This document shows, one piece after another, positions 50,922-64,000 of a stretch of DNA of 64,000 bases (within the stretch, counting starts at the first letter, position 1; every line of letters starts with the position of its first letter). The translations under genes were made by a program, and so were the position numbers. The stretch comes from Eledone cirrhosa (Eukaryota): the NCBI GenBank assembly GCA_964016885.1, contig OZ024750.1, positions 48,980,001-49,044,000 of the forward strand, written 5' to 3'. The notes below the pieces were generated by a model, which saw only the letters and a program-made list of their open reading frames with translations, was not told the DNA's origin and made no database searches.

Positions 50922-51436
50922 GGAAATCAGGAAAATCGAATCTCTGGCGGTTTGCAAGTATATTCTACTTATATGAAATGATGAGTTAACAAAGCACTCG
51001 ATAAGATAGGACCTCAGAGTAATAACATACGTTTAAATAGCTTGACAAATCGAACATTGTGGTAGGCGAAACTAACACACAATACATACCAAAGTAACGA
51101 TAGAACTAATCAGGTTGAGAAAAGTACACCTGGACAAATCAAACAAACAATCGTTTAAAGTGTTTCTTTGAATCCGAAATAAAATATCAGACTTACGTGA
51201 ATGGCAAGCTCATGGCATTGGTGATCGAACGGAGGATTCAGTTTATCAACAATTTTCGTTCTGCTTAGGACCGGAGTGATAAATTATATGTTGCAGCTCG
51301 GATGGCTGCTAATCGTATCTATAGTTATCACGTGTTAATTCCGGCAAGGGAGATAACCCCCGGTTTTAGGCGGGTCATTCAAAATGCTAGCGAAAGGAAA
51401 TATTTTAATTTCCGTTAATCATCATGATAAGCTCTC

Positions 51437-51467
<31 letters not shown>

Positions 51468-51502
51468 CGCGGGTGTATGTGACCTATTTACACCGGTCGC
51501 AG

Positions 51503-51533
<31 letters not shown>

Positions 51534-51770
51534 TACATACACACTTACGCACACATATATTCACACCCACACACATATATATTCACACTCACACACACAA
51601 ACACACACCCACACATACACACAAACTTAGAAACCCTTTCTATTTAGCAGGATACAGTAATGATGTATTCGTTTCTTTGAAGTTACCGATTAAGATTTCA
51701 TTCAAGACCACCATCATCACTCTCTCTTTCTCTTTCTCTCTCTCCCTCTCTCCATTTATCTATCTCACTT

Positions 51771-51809
<39 letters not shown>

Positions 51810-52801
51810 TCTATTTTCCTTCTCAGCCTCCTTCTCTCTATCAATATATCTATGTCTCTCTTTCAATCCACTCTCTCACAAACACAATTACTTTCAATAT
51901 ACCCCTCTCTTTCCCTATTTATGAAGGTACCCGGAAAAACCCCATATCACGGGAACCCGTGCACCGATTTACGCGAACACGGTTTTATTCCGTTTGTATT
52001 CCCATGTTAGCTTTAACTTCCTTTCAAATTATGTTCCCATTATGCGCCCTTTTGGCTGCATTACATTACAGACAACAAGCATGCAATCACAACAGAGTTT
52101 TAGTATTAATATAGATAGTTACAAAAGTACATTGGTGACGCTATAGTTATTAGGATCAGTAATCAGGTCACACCTACTAATGAAACTATCACATGACCAA
52201 ATTTTAAATTACCCAGAGCGAATCGTACACCTGTTTTGCATAATTAAACATATGCTATATCCTTTACTATATGGATCTATTATGAACCAGACTATGTTAA
52301 TGCTAATGTTAACCTCTGGACATGTCGAAGCATAAAGACATATTTTATTTCATATGCACATATGTTTTTGCAGTGAACCAATTTCCGAAATCTGAAATTA
52401 ACGACACTATTGTTAAAAATGTGAAATAGAATAACTATGCAACTGACAATGTTAGGAAATCTTCAATAACGTACCCCCCGTCACGAACAGGTTGTTCCCG
52501 AGATCACGTGATTAAAAAATTGAAAGGTGTTATTTGCATACTAATATATTTCTCCTATACCATGCAGATACTCGATGTATCTGATTATTATACACAATTG
52601 TATTTTGCAATGTATTTCATCAGTATTTTGAGAATACGAATGTCAATGTCAAGTGGTAACGTAGATAACCATGGAGACATATGAAGCCACATACGTCATA
52701 CAATATTTGTTTTCAAGTGATTCTCTATAGTGTAAGTCTGATATAGTTCTGAAATGGCAGGGGAGATAAGACAATGTAATATTAATGTTTGTCAAACGAA
52801 A

Positions 52802-53242
52802 GAGTTCAAATCACGCCGAGATTAACTTTGCCTTTCATTCTTACGAGAGCGATAAAATAAAGTACCAGTAACACAATGGGATAATTGATGGCCTTGTGCC
52901 AAATGTTGAAACAATAATTAAAGACGCTTCAAATACCGGCGATGTTAAGTTTGCCTTTCATCCTTACGGGGTCGATAAAATAAAGTACCAGTAATGTACT
53001 GGATAATTGCTGGCCTTGTGCCTAAAGTAGAAACAGTTATTAAAGACACTGGCGGAGGATTGGCTGTATCGGTGGACGCCATGATATGAAGCATAGAGTC
53101 ACGGCCCTTTTACAGTCTGCGTTCAAATCCCGCTGAGGTCAACTTTGTCTTTCATCCTTAAGGTGTCTATAAAATAAGGCACCAGTAATGCACTGGGACA
53201 ATTGCTGGCCTTGTGCTAAAAGTAGAAACAATTATTAAAGAC
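52802..53242 (+). mobile_element. Three tandem SINE copies (two truncated, one near full length)
   Basis: tttgcctttcat...gaaaca..attaaagac occurs three times. Confidence 0.88.
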
Positions 53243-53367
53243 CCTTCACTGGTGACACCCTGCCTTCTATATCACTTATTATAAAATTGCCCTGCTGTTA
53301 TAATATAGCAATTCTTACTCTACCCAATTTACAGATGAGTGGCTGAAAACTATACGCAATGATGAAC

Positions 53368-53500
53368 TATATTTTAAAAAAAATATGTCAATTATTCAAT
53401 TGATAAAGAAAGGTATTATATTTAACTAACTGATATTTAACTAATATTTAAAAAAAAAATGTCAATTATTCAATTGATAAAGAAAGGTATTATATTTAAC
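53368..53500. repeat. ~75-bp-period tandem duplication
   Basis: atgtcaattattcaattgataaagaaaggtattatatttaact occurs twice. Confidence 0.9.
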
Positions 53501-53508
53501 TTAACTAA

Positions 53509-53692
53509 GATTGGCAGTATCGGGAGAGGGTCACACACCATGCTTTGACGCATAGAGTTACGGCCCTTTCCATTCAGAGTTCAAAAATCCCGCCGAGGTC
53601 AACTTTGCTTTTATCCTTACGGGGTCGATAAAATAAAGAACCAGTAACGTACTGGGTAATTGGTGGCCTTGTGCCAAAATTAGAAACAATTA
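53509..53692 (+). mobile_element. tRNA-derived SINE
   Basis: Family match. Confidence 0.88.
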
Positions 53693-54052
53693 TATGTAAC
53701 TAACTGTTCGGAAACAACGAAGCGCCTGCATATAGAAATCTGAGTTATCACATTAATGTGAAAAGGTCATTCTCATTAATTCATGTGTTCTGAAATAAGT
53801 ATATACATATAGATCCTCACATATATCGTTATATATCTACCACAAACTATCTCGTTATATATTTAAAGAAATTCGTTTTTCAAATATAAAAATTAGAGAG
53901 GTGAGGGGACAAAGGAAACAAACATTTACGGAACTGTTGTGCTTTCGATAAGAACTTGTTGAGGTTATTATTAATAAAGTTATCGATATTAGTATGTCGC
54001 ACAAGGAACAAGCAATTGTAAATCAGATCCTGATGTAAATAAGTGTTTGGTA

Positions 54053-54116
<64 letters not shown>

Positions 54117-54171
54117 GCATGGCCTCAGCCGGATGGCTGAAACAGGTAAAAGAAAATATATATATATATAG

Positions 54172-55116
54172 ATGGGAAAAAGGAAATTTCATATCTCACT
54201 CTTAATACGGCTGATACTTAAATATAAGTATGTATACATATATGTATACAGACGTACAGCAGTATGTATATACATACATACATTCACACGTATATATATA
54301 TAAATATATATATATATATTCACGTATGGGTTTACCGAACATTTATTATAATGTTCGGTTTGTTTGAAAACAAACAGTCCGAATTAAGCCGTACAGTGTT
54401 CGGCAACCATCGTTGCCATTTTGTTCAACAGTGACAAAAGAACGATGAATTAGTTTCTAGCATATTAGCTGTTATCAGCTCCGTATTCCTTCCTGCCTGT
54501 TGATTGAAGTTTGAATGTATATACTTTCTTTATGCATATTAACGACTGAGTAGCCTAATTTGCATGTCGAGTGAGTTAATCGGCCGGGCGTACCGAGAAC
54601 GATAAATTGAAAAAAATGAAATTTCATTTCTCACTCTTAGTACGGCTGATACTCAAATATAAGTATGTATACGTGCATACATATATGTATACAGACGTAC
54701 AGTAGTATGTATATGCATACATACCTTCACACATATATATATATATATATGTACGTATGGGTTTTCCGAACATTTTTTATAATGTTCGGTTTGTTTGTAA
54801 ACAAGCAGCCCGATTTATTAGCTGTACAATGTACGTATACATACAGATATTTGAGTATCAGCCGTACTAAGAGTGAGAAATGAAATTTTATTTTTTCCAG
54901 TTATCGTTTTCGGTATACCCGGCCTACTAACTCACTCGATATACAAATTAGGCTACTGAGCCGTTAATATTCATAAGGAAAGTATATACTTTCAAACGTT
55001 CAATCAACTGACAGAAAGGAATACGGTGCTGATGACAGCTAATAATCTAGAAACGAGTTCATCGTACATTTGTTAGTGTTGAACAAAAGGGCAACGATGG
55101 TTGCCGAACAATGTAT
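54172..55116. mobile_element. Retrozyme-like non-coding element: ~435-bp unit, 1.5 tandem copies (minus) plus inverted partial copy (plus)
   Basis: gaaatttcat..ctcactctta at 54183 and 54618; 54831-55112 is the inverse of 54395-54680; hammerhead in each orientation. Confidence 0.8.
55023..55065 (+). ncRNA. Minimal type I hammerhead; mutated inverse copy at 54442-54484
   Basis: acggug-CUGAUGA-short stem II-GAAA-cgag-UU-caucgu; 6-bp stem I. Confidence 0.7.
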
Positions 55117-55133
55117 ATATTTATATATATTTA

Positions 55134-55179
<46 letters not shown>

Positions 55180-55539
55180 TATATACTGGTTAACATTTCT
55201 CAATTTCTCAATACTTTACCGGCCGTGAGTAAATATCTATATATACATTTCTGCGATTCTGTCAGAATACGTAAAGAGAAGGAGTAGTTTGACTATCTCA
55301 TACTAGTCCTCTCTCTTCATGTCTGCTGCATCTGTGAATGTATATATGTGTAAAAGGGAGGAGGTGATGGTGAAAAAACTACGCTGTGTATGAGTGTAAG
55401 TGTGCTTGTTTAACTATATGTGTCAATGTTTGTCTGGTTGTATGTACGTGTCTGTGTGAATACATGTCTGTGAGTATGTATTTTTGTGTGTCTGTCATTG
55501 CGTGTTTATATTTATATATTCATACATACTGACTTAGAT

Positions 55540-55790
55540 ACCACCTGACCTAGATGTAGCCATCACCTCGTAATATAATGAGTTCAGATGCTGAAACATA
55601 TGCTTGGGGTTAAGGCTTCTAAAGACTTTTTTACATATATTTTATTACTGCTATCAGAAATAAAACAATTTTCCTCGTCGCCTTCCTGTATATGTCAAAC
55701 TCATTATTGCTATTCCGGAAGATATAGAGAAGAAATATTGTAAGAAAAAACATGTTTACTTGAACTTTTGTGTTACTTTTACATACAAAT
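55540..55790. mobile_element. Old PLE remnant (RT thumb fragment; HHR relic)
   Basis: Minus strand IFRNSNNEFDIYRKAT resembles the PLE F.IYRKPT motif; gaaa-catatg at ~55593. Confidence 0.4.
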
Positions 55791-56419
55791 ATGCACATAA
55801 TTAACACCCCCTCCCCCACACACACATATTTATATATTTATATATTTATATATTTATATATTTATATATTTATATATGTATGTGTGTGTGTGAGCGCGTG
55901 TGTGTGAGTACGTATACTAATTATAATATCCGAAATAACTAATTAATACATTTAAGGATGATTTTAAAATATAAATTAATTATCCTGGCTCCGCCTAATA
56001 TTAAAACTAATTTAAGACAGATTTTTTCTGATCTAAAACTTCCTTCTTTATTCATTCAATACTAAAAATAGTGAAAAACAAAAAGCCTAAAATAGTAAAC
56101 ATAAAGAGAGATAAAAGAAAAAAGAAATGTGGAAGCAATATATAATAAAGAATAAAACAGAAGGCAGAGCGTGGGAGCAAAATGTTATGCCCCTCGGCTC
56201 TGTATTTGAAATTTTGCGAAACATTGCTCTAAATTTCATTTTTTAATAACTCACGGCGCCGTGTTTCCACCTTAAAGTCTACCAGCCATTTTAATATATA
56301 ACACCAGTATTACTCCTCGTTTGTGTATTTCCAATATACCTAGCTCCTAATTCCTTTCTATAACTACTCTAATATTTTCATCTTTAGTATTTCACTTGTT
56401 TATGTGCTCCACCTACGAA

Positions 56420-56520
56420 TGTTGTGGAATGGTTAAGAAGTAAGCTGCGCAATCATTACGATTCATGTTCGAACCCACTCCGTGATATCGGATCGACTGT
56501 CACATTGAATTCCACTGAGA
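56420..56520 (+). mobile_element. Degenerate tRNA-SINE head
   Basis: tggaatggttaag A-box-like and gttcgaaccc B-box. Confidence 0.4.
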
Positions 56521-57980
56521 ATGATGTTAAGGATGCACGTGGTTGTGGAATGATTAGCAACTTATATATAGAGTTCATGAGGAGGTTATACTATTTATCG
56601 ATCAACATGAACGCACATTATCAAACCCGACAAATATCCTTTCCATGTCCCCGGGTGTTCAAGTGCGATAACTACTAAAATGTATCTTACAATAATTTTT
56701 ACCTGTATATATTAATCGTGTGAACGTTTCTTTAGGTATTAAGAACATATAAATAGAGATATTTAGAATGGTTCAATATGAAATGAATCCACTCTCTATA
56801 TTATACTTTAATTATCTTTAATTTCGATGTTAGGATCCCTCGATATATCTAATTGAATGCTATAATTGGTCGGGATTTTCTCATATTGGAGATGATTAGT
56901 AAGCGAGAAATCTTGTATTTTGTCAAATAGAAAATATAATCTAAAACTTTATCGAAAAAACAAGATATATAATATTATATAACCTATTTCTCTGGAATGA
57001 AGCTGCGTATGTACATCAAAATATTTGAATGATTTGTAAGTATAACTAACGTTCAGATTAAAGTGCTTAGTGTTTCTGAGGTGAATTTTTAGATAAATAT
57101 AATAATGTTAACCCTTTCATTACAATATTTGTAATAAAAGGGACTGCCTGAATTACAAATATTTTGGAAAATGACCGGTAATTTGGAGATATTTAGTAAT
57201 TAACTAATTTTCTCATAATTAAACTGGTGTTTCAAACAGAAATTAACAAATATAAAATTAGAAATAGAAATTAACAAGAATATAACATTATGATGGAATA
57301 TTTGTACAAAAATATAGAGTTTTAAATAAACATTTTTGTTTTTATATTATAAAATCAAAACCGTTCTCGTACCATTTAGCATTCGAACCGCTGGTACTAT
57401 ATAGGTTTTGAAGAGGAGATGGTGTATTAACGAATTTCTTAGTTAATTGTTGAGAAGAGTACCATAGATCATGATATCTATTGGGATTATGATTGGAAAG
57501 GGGGAGCGATAATTAGACAAATGTGAGAGATGTGTTCATAAAATTTGTGAAAATAACTGGATAAGAAACGAAAAAGTATGTCTACATTAGGTACTTACAG
57601 TAAATTAAATGTAATTAATTTACATTTTGAATAATCCTTAAAGGTATCAAAATGCTCACGCACACGGACATCTACTTATGTATACACACATCCACTCAAA
57701 CACACACAAACATACATACACATATTAATATATATATATATATACAGTATATATATAGTTAAAATCAGGAAAATAATGACTTCACTAAACAATTACTTTA
57801 ATTTTATGTTATGATATTACAAAGACAAATTGTAAAATCATAATATTTTAATATTAAATTAAATTGTTTACATGTACAAGTGAAGTCATTTTTTAAATAT
57901 ACCTTTTTTTAAATATACCTAATAGTACAAAGGATTTCGCACATTTTCCAATATATATACATATAAATATATATATACAG

Positions 57981-58011
<31 letters not shown>

Positions 58012-58366
58012 ATAATAATAAATTTGAAGACTAAAATCCAAAGAGGGCTCGATAAGGATAAATATATATATCAAATATATAAGAACCGAAGAGCAGATAT
58101 TTATTAAAATAACAAATTAAAGTTTAAACAAAGAATCGCTGCTTTCGCCCTTAACGGGATCTTCTAGGTTTCAGAAGATCTTTTTTCAGGTTTTTAGGGG
58201 TTATTTGAGGCGTTACCTCAGACCGATTTCCTTGAAATTGTAACTATGTATTAGTCAGTCTCTTCTTCATACCGTGAGCAAAGAAAATCCAACTTGTTTA
58301 TGGCCTGGTGTTTGCATAGCATCGGCTTCATAAATACCGTGCTTCTTTAGAAATACAAAATACAAA

Positions 58367-58401
<35 letters not shown>

Positions 58402-58404
<3 letters not shown>

Positions 58405-59645
58405 GTTTGTATATGTATAATAAAGCGAAACAATGCAGGTATGGACATAGAATAAAGAATGCAAATGCAAAAGATATTGTTGACAATTAGTCTTTTACTT
58501 AGATTTATTTAAATGTCCTTAATTTTCGAGATAATATATCTTCTTCGGAGAGAAGTAAGGCGGTTAAACCAGTGTTCTAAATAGCTTGCCAAGTGATGGT
58601 GACAGGAAATGGTATGTAGTATCTGTTCTATCTCTAATATCAAAGAGTTAAGGTTAGGTGGATAAAGAGTAATCTCCCTTTAAAATGTTTTTTTTTGTTG
58701 TACATGCCTGTTTAACTGTGTGGGAGAATGCGTGAAGGTGTAAGTATGTGTATGTGTGTGAGTGTGAGAAGATTAGTGAGAAGTTTAATGCGAAAAATGC
58801 AGCAACTTCTACGTAGGTAGCACCACCAGACCACTCCACATAAGAATAAAAGAACACCTCAATACTAACGTTTCCTCATTTAAGAAACACCTAGTTAAAT
58901 GCAAAAAGACCGACAAAACCTTAACAGTTAGGATAGAACTAAGGAAAGAAACCTCAGCAATCTTAGAATTAAGGAAGCACTAATTATAGACAAAACAACC
59001 ACAAATCAATAATATACTAGAACTCAACACCCAAGTGATAACTTGATAAAGCATATAGCCCCATATTTACACACACAGCCTCCCACACACACCCACACAC
59101 ACGCACGCACACACGCTTACAACTCCACTTATTATCTCACACACACACACATACTCACACAAAGACCAGTTCTAACACGAGATAACAACTATCCCCCACA
59201 TTTACGTATATACATATTTTCTCACACACACACACACATACACATACTTATACTTTCACGCATTCTCCCACATACTTAAATAGGCATGTACAAACAAACA
59301 AAAAAGAAAAAAAACATTAAAGGGAGACTACACTTTATCCACCTAACCTTAACTCTTTGATATTAGAGATAGAACAGATACTCTATACCATTTCCTGTCA
59401 GTATGACTTGGCAAGCTATTTAGAACACTGGTTTAACCGTTTTACATCCCTCCGAAGAAGAGATATTATCTCGAAAATTAAGGACATTTAAATAAATCTA
59501 AGGTAAAAGACTAATTGTCAACAATATCTTTTGCATTTGCATTCTTTATTCTATGTCCTTACCTGCATTGCTTTGGCTTCATTATACGTATACAAACGTG
59601 TATACCTCATTACACAATGCTTCAAGTGAACTATAACTTCCTCCA
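58402..59645. mobile_element. Head-to-head PLE 3' remnant with GIY-YIG tail and CCGAAGA hammerheads
   Basis: 58402-58770 is inverse to ~59215-59600; SSFKKHL..LRIKEALII; HHR at 59447-59485 and inverse at 58516-58552; (TA)n flanks. Confidence 0.8.
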
Positions 59646-60184
59646 TATATATATATATATATATATATAAGGGATATCAAATTATAGTTATAGGTAATCC
59701 AGTTATAGTTCTCTTGCATTCCTATGTAAGTTTATCTTGGAGTAATACTATTGAAAGAGTAAAGAATAAAGTAGTGAATAGTACATAAAAGGGTTTTATT
59801 TATAGTCCAACAATTGTTTCATTGATTAAGCTGTCTAAAAATTGCTGAACACTTGGATGTGTGCCATTCGGCGCCATTCTGTGCCATTCTGTTCCATTCT
59901 GTGTTATTCTTCACTCTTCCTATAAATGTGAGTTATATGCTCTGTTGATCAGCATTCAACAGAATTATGTTTATAACAGATACGAAGAAATCTACAATTA
60001 AACTTTATCTGGAGTATTACAACAATAATAAGTTGACCGTACGAAGTCTATTTTTGGGGGTATGTCACCATCTTATACAACAAATATTGTATTTTATGAG
60101 ATGAGCATACTATAAATGTGTATATTAGAATTATATATAATGAAATAAATATGATGTGATATTGATATATTTTCCATCTATCAT

Positions 60185-62700
60185 GATGCCAGAAATTCCA
60201 TCATCTGGAAAACCAAAGATTGTTATCGGAGCACACAATGAGGATTTTCTAATAATAATGCAGATGGACATGCAGTGGAAGCATGGGTAGAAAGCAACCA
60301 GCTTAATTTGATCCAATATGCCAAACAACTAAAATCCTTCAACAGCGAACGATTGAAGCAGGTTACAATTCTGATATCGTGATTGTCAGTCATAACATCA
60401 CCGGACTGAGCAAGAACCTGGTACTGGAGCCACTGCTAAAAACCTAACACAGCCCCAATGGCATTACCATCAATGCTGTAATCACCCCAGCGACAGTTCC
60501 ATTCCGAAGAAGATTCAAATTTGGGAAATCGAGCTGGCTTGGCTTCCAAGATCTTGAAAGGAAGATTGCTCACCTCCCAGTGGTCCCCAAACACTACGAT
60601 AACTTCACCATGTTTGTGTACCAAACAGCTCGGGAGAACATCCCAAGAGGCTGCCGCACTCAATACATCCTCGACTCGATGCTCCATGCAGCGAACTATC
60701 TGAGCAATACCAACAGCTCTATGAATCTGACCACTTTGCTGAAAGAACCATCGAATTAGGTTAGGGTCTCATCACCTCCCTATCAGAATGTCGCCAACAG
60801 AAAAGGCAAAACGTGTTGGAGACAACTGATATGACGAAAAACAGTAAAAAGGCATGGAGTCCAATCCAGAAAATAGGAAACGACCCGTCAACTCCAACGC
60901 AACAGCAGTACACCATCACCGCCAACCAAGTTGTATATCAGCTGTTGCTCAATGGGAAATCCACCACCAAACAGCCAAGACCAAAGGTAGACCGACTTCA
61001 GTACCCACAAACCACCGGACTGACTGAGCCGTTCTCGCTTGAAGAGCTCAATATCAGCATCAATAAGACTGGTAAAGCCATCGGTCTAGATCATATTTTC
61101 ACGGAAGTGATCACGCACTTTGGACCTCTGGCACGGAAATGGATCCTTGAGCTGATGAACAACTGCATGTTGACAAGAAACATCCCAAAGATCTGGATAA
61201 AATCCAGAATTATTGCTCTTCTCAAAGCGGATAAAGACGCAGCGCATGCAATGAGTTTCTGCCCAATCTCCCTGCTATGCCCCTAGTTTAAGGTATTTGA
61301 GCGTCCGATCTTCAGCAGGTTGGCCCCAGTTGTTGAACCAGCCATCATCCCCCAACAAGCTGAATTCCGCACTGGCAAATCCACAACAAGCCAACTCCTG
61401 AATCTCACTCAGCACATTGAAGATGGGTTTCAGAAAGGAGTGGTAACAGGAGCCGTCTTTGTTGATCCGTCGGCCGCATAGGACACTGTGAACCATCGCC
61501 TCCTCATGAAAAAGATCCTGGAGCTGAAAAAGACCTGGCACTCACATACCTCATTTGAGCCCTTTTGGAAGATAGGCGCTTCTATGTTACCCTGAACACA
61601 CAAGCAAAGTCGTTGGCGACGACAAAGGAACGGCTAAATTCAAGGTTGTGTGATGGCTCCACTACTATATAACATCTACACTAATGACCAACCAATGTAC
61701 CAGAACACTGAGCGGTTCATCTACGCTGCAACGTCTGTGATACACCCCAAGATAGTACGTTAGAAACAGTAGAACCAAACCTCAACTCAGCCCTGGATGA
61801 GCTACTCTTCTACTATGAGACCAGCTACCTGCACGCAAACCCTGCGAAGATTCAAGCATTTTCGTTCCATCTTAGGAAGCAGGAAGCCAACTGACCTCTT
61901 AACATCACATGGTCAGGAACACCACTTGAGAACTGCACCAACCATGTCCACCTTGGCGTTTCCCTGGACCGCACCCTCTCATTAAAAGAACACATCAAAA
62001 ACACCAAATTGAAAGTCAGCTCCCGGAACAACTTCCTACGGAAACTGACCAACTCCAAATGGGGATCCACAGCACACACACCAAGATGTACTGACTTGGC
62101 TCTGTGTTATTCCTCTGCGGAGTATGCGTGTCCTGTTTGGGTGAGATCAACCTATGCCATTAAACTAAACCCTGCGTTGAACAACACCTGCCGTTTGATC
62201 ACTGGTTGCCTGAAGCCTACCAACCCGGACAAGTTGCATCTCCTCGGTGGCATTGCTCCTGCAGATGCTAGACGGGAAGCTGCCAGTCGAGTATAGATCA
62301 CAAAAGCTATCAGTGATGAACGCTACCTCCTTCCGGCCCAACGACGAAATTTAAGGAGAAGCTTCCTCAATCATGTCCAGCCACTGACAACATCTCAGGA
62401 AGAAACCAGACTACAGCTATGGACTAGAAAGCTAGAGAATGACACCTCTCCTATTGACATGAACATCCCCCTTCTGAAGCCCTCCCTCCTGGCTCAAGAG
62501 CACCATGCATCCAGTGGAAGACACTTAACCGAGTGAGAACAGGATGGGGCGATCAAAAGCTGCTATGGCCAATGGGGCTACAAGCCCGGCCCAACCATCT
62601 GCGAATGCGGAGAGGAGGACGACACGATGCAGCCCTGTCTTGTTTGCCCTCTACTACCTAACCAGTGCAGCTTAAAAGAGCTCGCATAATATAATAGTAA
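60185..62700 (+). mobile_element. Decayed Vingi/Ingi-group LINE (EN tail, RT, C-terminal Cys motif)
   Basis: GKAIGLD, PISLL, AVFVD..A*DTVNH, IYA, LGVSLDRTL, RKLTNSKWG..LALCYSSAEYACPVW, ITGCLKPT..GIAP, CECG. Confidence 0.8.
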
Positions 62701-62719
62701 AGAAATGGTAAACTGTCAT

Positions 62720-64000
62720 ATAGCCACATGCTTCGAAGATACGAATAGTAGAACAGACTAACCTCTCCCAAAACCACCACCATTGTAAACCTTGCCAGGG
62801 TTGCCAACACTGAAAATATAATTAATAGCAGTCTCAATTATTTAGATTTGCCTCATACAGACATAGATTTCCCGCCATTACCAACAACTACAGGTGTCAA
62901 GGCCGCCATCCCCACCTTCACAATGACAAAAAGAACAACCAACACCACTGATGAATTGAATGAAGCCAAGCGAATGGTAGAAAAAAGATGGGTACAGGGT
63001 CAGCACAAAACCCCACACCCCCAACACCAACCCACCCAATCAAATAAAATGAATTATCGGACGATAAACACAAAATCACGCCGAGTGGAACGGGCATCCG
63101 AGTCCCAGATACAAAAAGCTTTGGGAAATGTGTGGGCGCAAAAAACCCACATCAGACGTGGCCATAAAAATTAGAATATTCACACTCGTCACAAGCTGGT
63201 GTGGACAGAGACTGGTGAAGATCAGTGTGACCCATATTCTACCGGCCAAAATTATCGAGGCCAACACTAAAGTATTTAAAGTAACAAAAGTAAAACAGGA
63301 GAACTGGTCCGTATCTGGTATGGCGCTCCTGAACCAAGCGGACCAATAAACATAGAGGAAATTCCAAAGGTGATAGACATCAATGACGGCAGCCACCTCA
63401 CCGTAATCGTTGAGGGTAGAAGGCCTAGGTTTGTCGTTTGTGGCGAAGAAACCCAACTAAAGGATTTCTGCTCTCAGGCTAAAAAGTTGAGGCCACCTCT
63501 CTTACCTGCCCCTGTGACTCAACCATCAAAACCAGCAGCAGAAAGGGCACCAACAACTGTAGCAGCAACAACCCCAGCAACTGTAGCAGCACAGTAGCAA
63601 AACCAACACCACCACGACCAACCGCGCCAGAATTAGAATCAGCGCCTTCAATATCCAGCACGCCACAACCAAAACCAACGCCTGTGGACGATTTTCCACT
63701 CCCCGACCTGTCACAACTGGAGACAGAGTGTGACGATGAGGGGGAGAGGGAAACTGTTTCAGGAAAAAAGAAAAAAAAAGAAACCCCAAAAAGAAGAAAG
63801 CCCACTTCCTTCGCCTTCCAAAAACAAAATGCAGTGTGTAACAAACAAACATACTAACAAAAAAGTTAAGACAGATATGCCGCCACCCATACCAGCATCA
63901 CCAGCTCCCTCACCACAAACACCATCAATATCACCATCATCAACCCCAACACCACCTTCACCAACAAGCGAAACAGAAACAAGCCCACAACAAACACAAA
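62720..64000 (+). mobile_element. Decayed ORF1 region of another Tx1/L1-type LINE (runs off window)
   Basis: DGSHLTVIVEGRRPRFVVCGEETQLKDFC is homologous to NGTVIHIMTEGKRPQCFVCGEKTHLRAFC at 42.5 kb; Pro/Thr-rich tail. Confidence 0.65.

Overview
AT-rich, microsatellite-laden eukaryotic DNA with no recognisable host gene. The dominant tRNA-derived SINE resembles octopus SINEs, so an octopod cephalopod is likely (inference). The window is a stack of retroelements. There are two young Penelope-like elements (PLEs; RT plus C-terminal GIY-YIG): a head-to-head dimer at 23.5-28.2 kb and a near full-length element at 30.2-34.8 kb. About ten older PLE remnants are also present. LINEs comprise a full-length decayed Tx1/L1-type copy and Vingi-, RTE- and R4/Dong-like fragments. 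About 12 copies of one SINE, a non-autonomous Helitron and a possible hAT remnant complete the set. The most striking feature is a community of PLEs and non-coding PLE-dependent units, nearly all inserted in (TA)n tracts. They carry minimal type I hammerhead ribozymes with differing palindromic stem III sequences and non-canonical cores (CCGAAGA, UUGAAAA). They show repeated inversion/twin-priming junctions and more-than-unit-length copies, including a ~435-bp ORF-less retrozyme-like unit at 54-55 kb. All coordinates and base pairings were read by eye; most short ORFs in the track are microsatellite artefacts.
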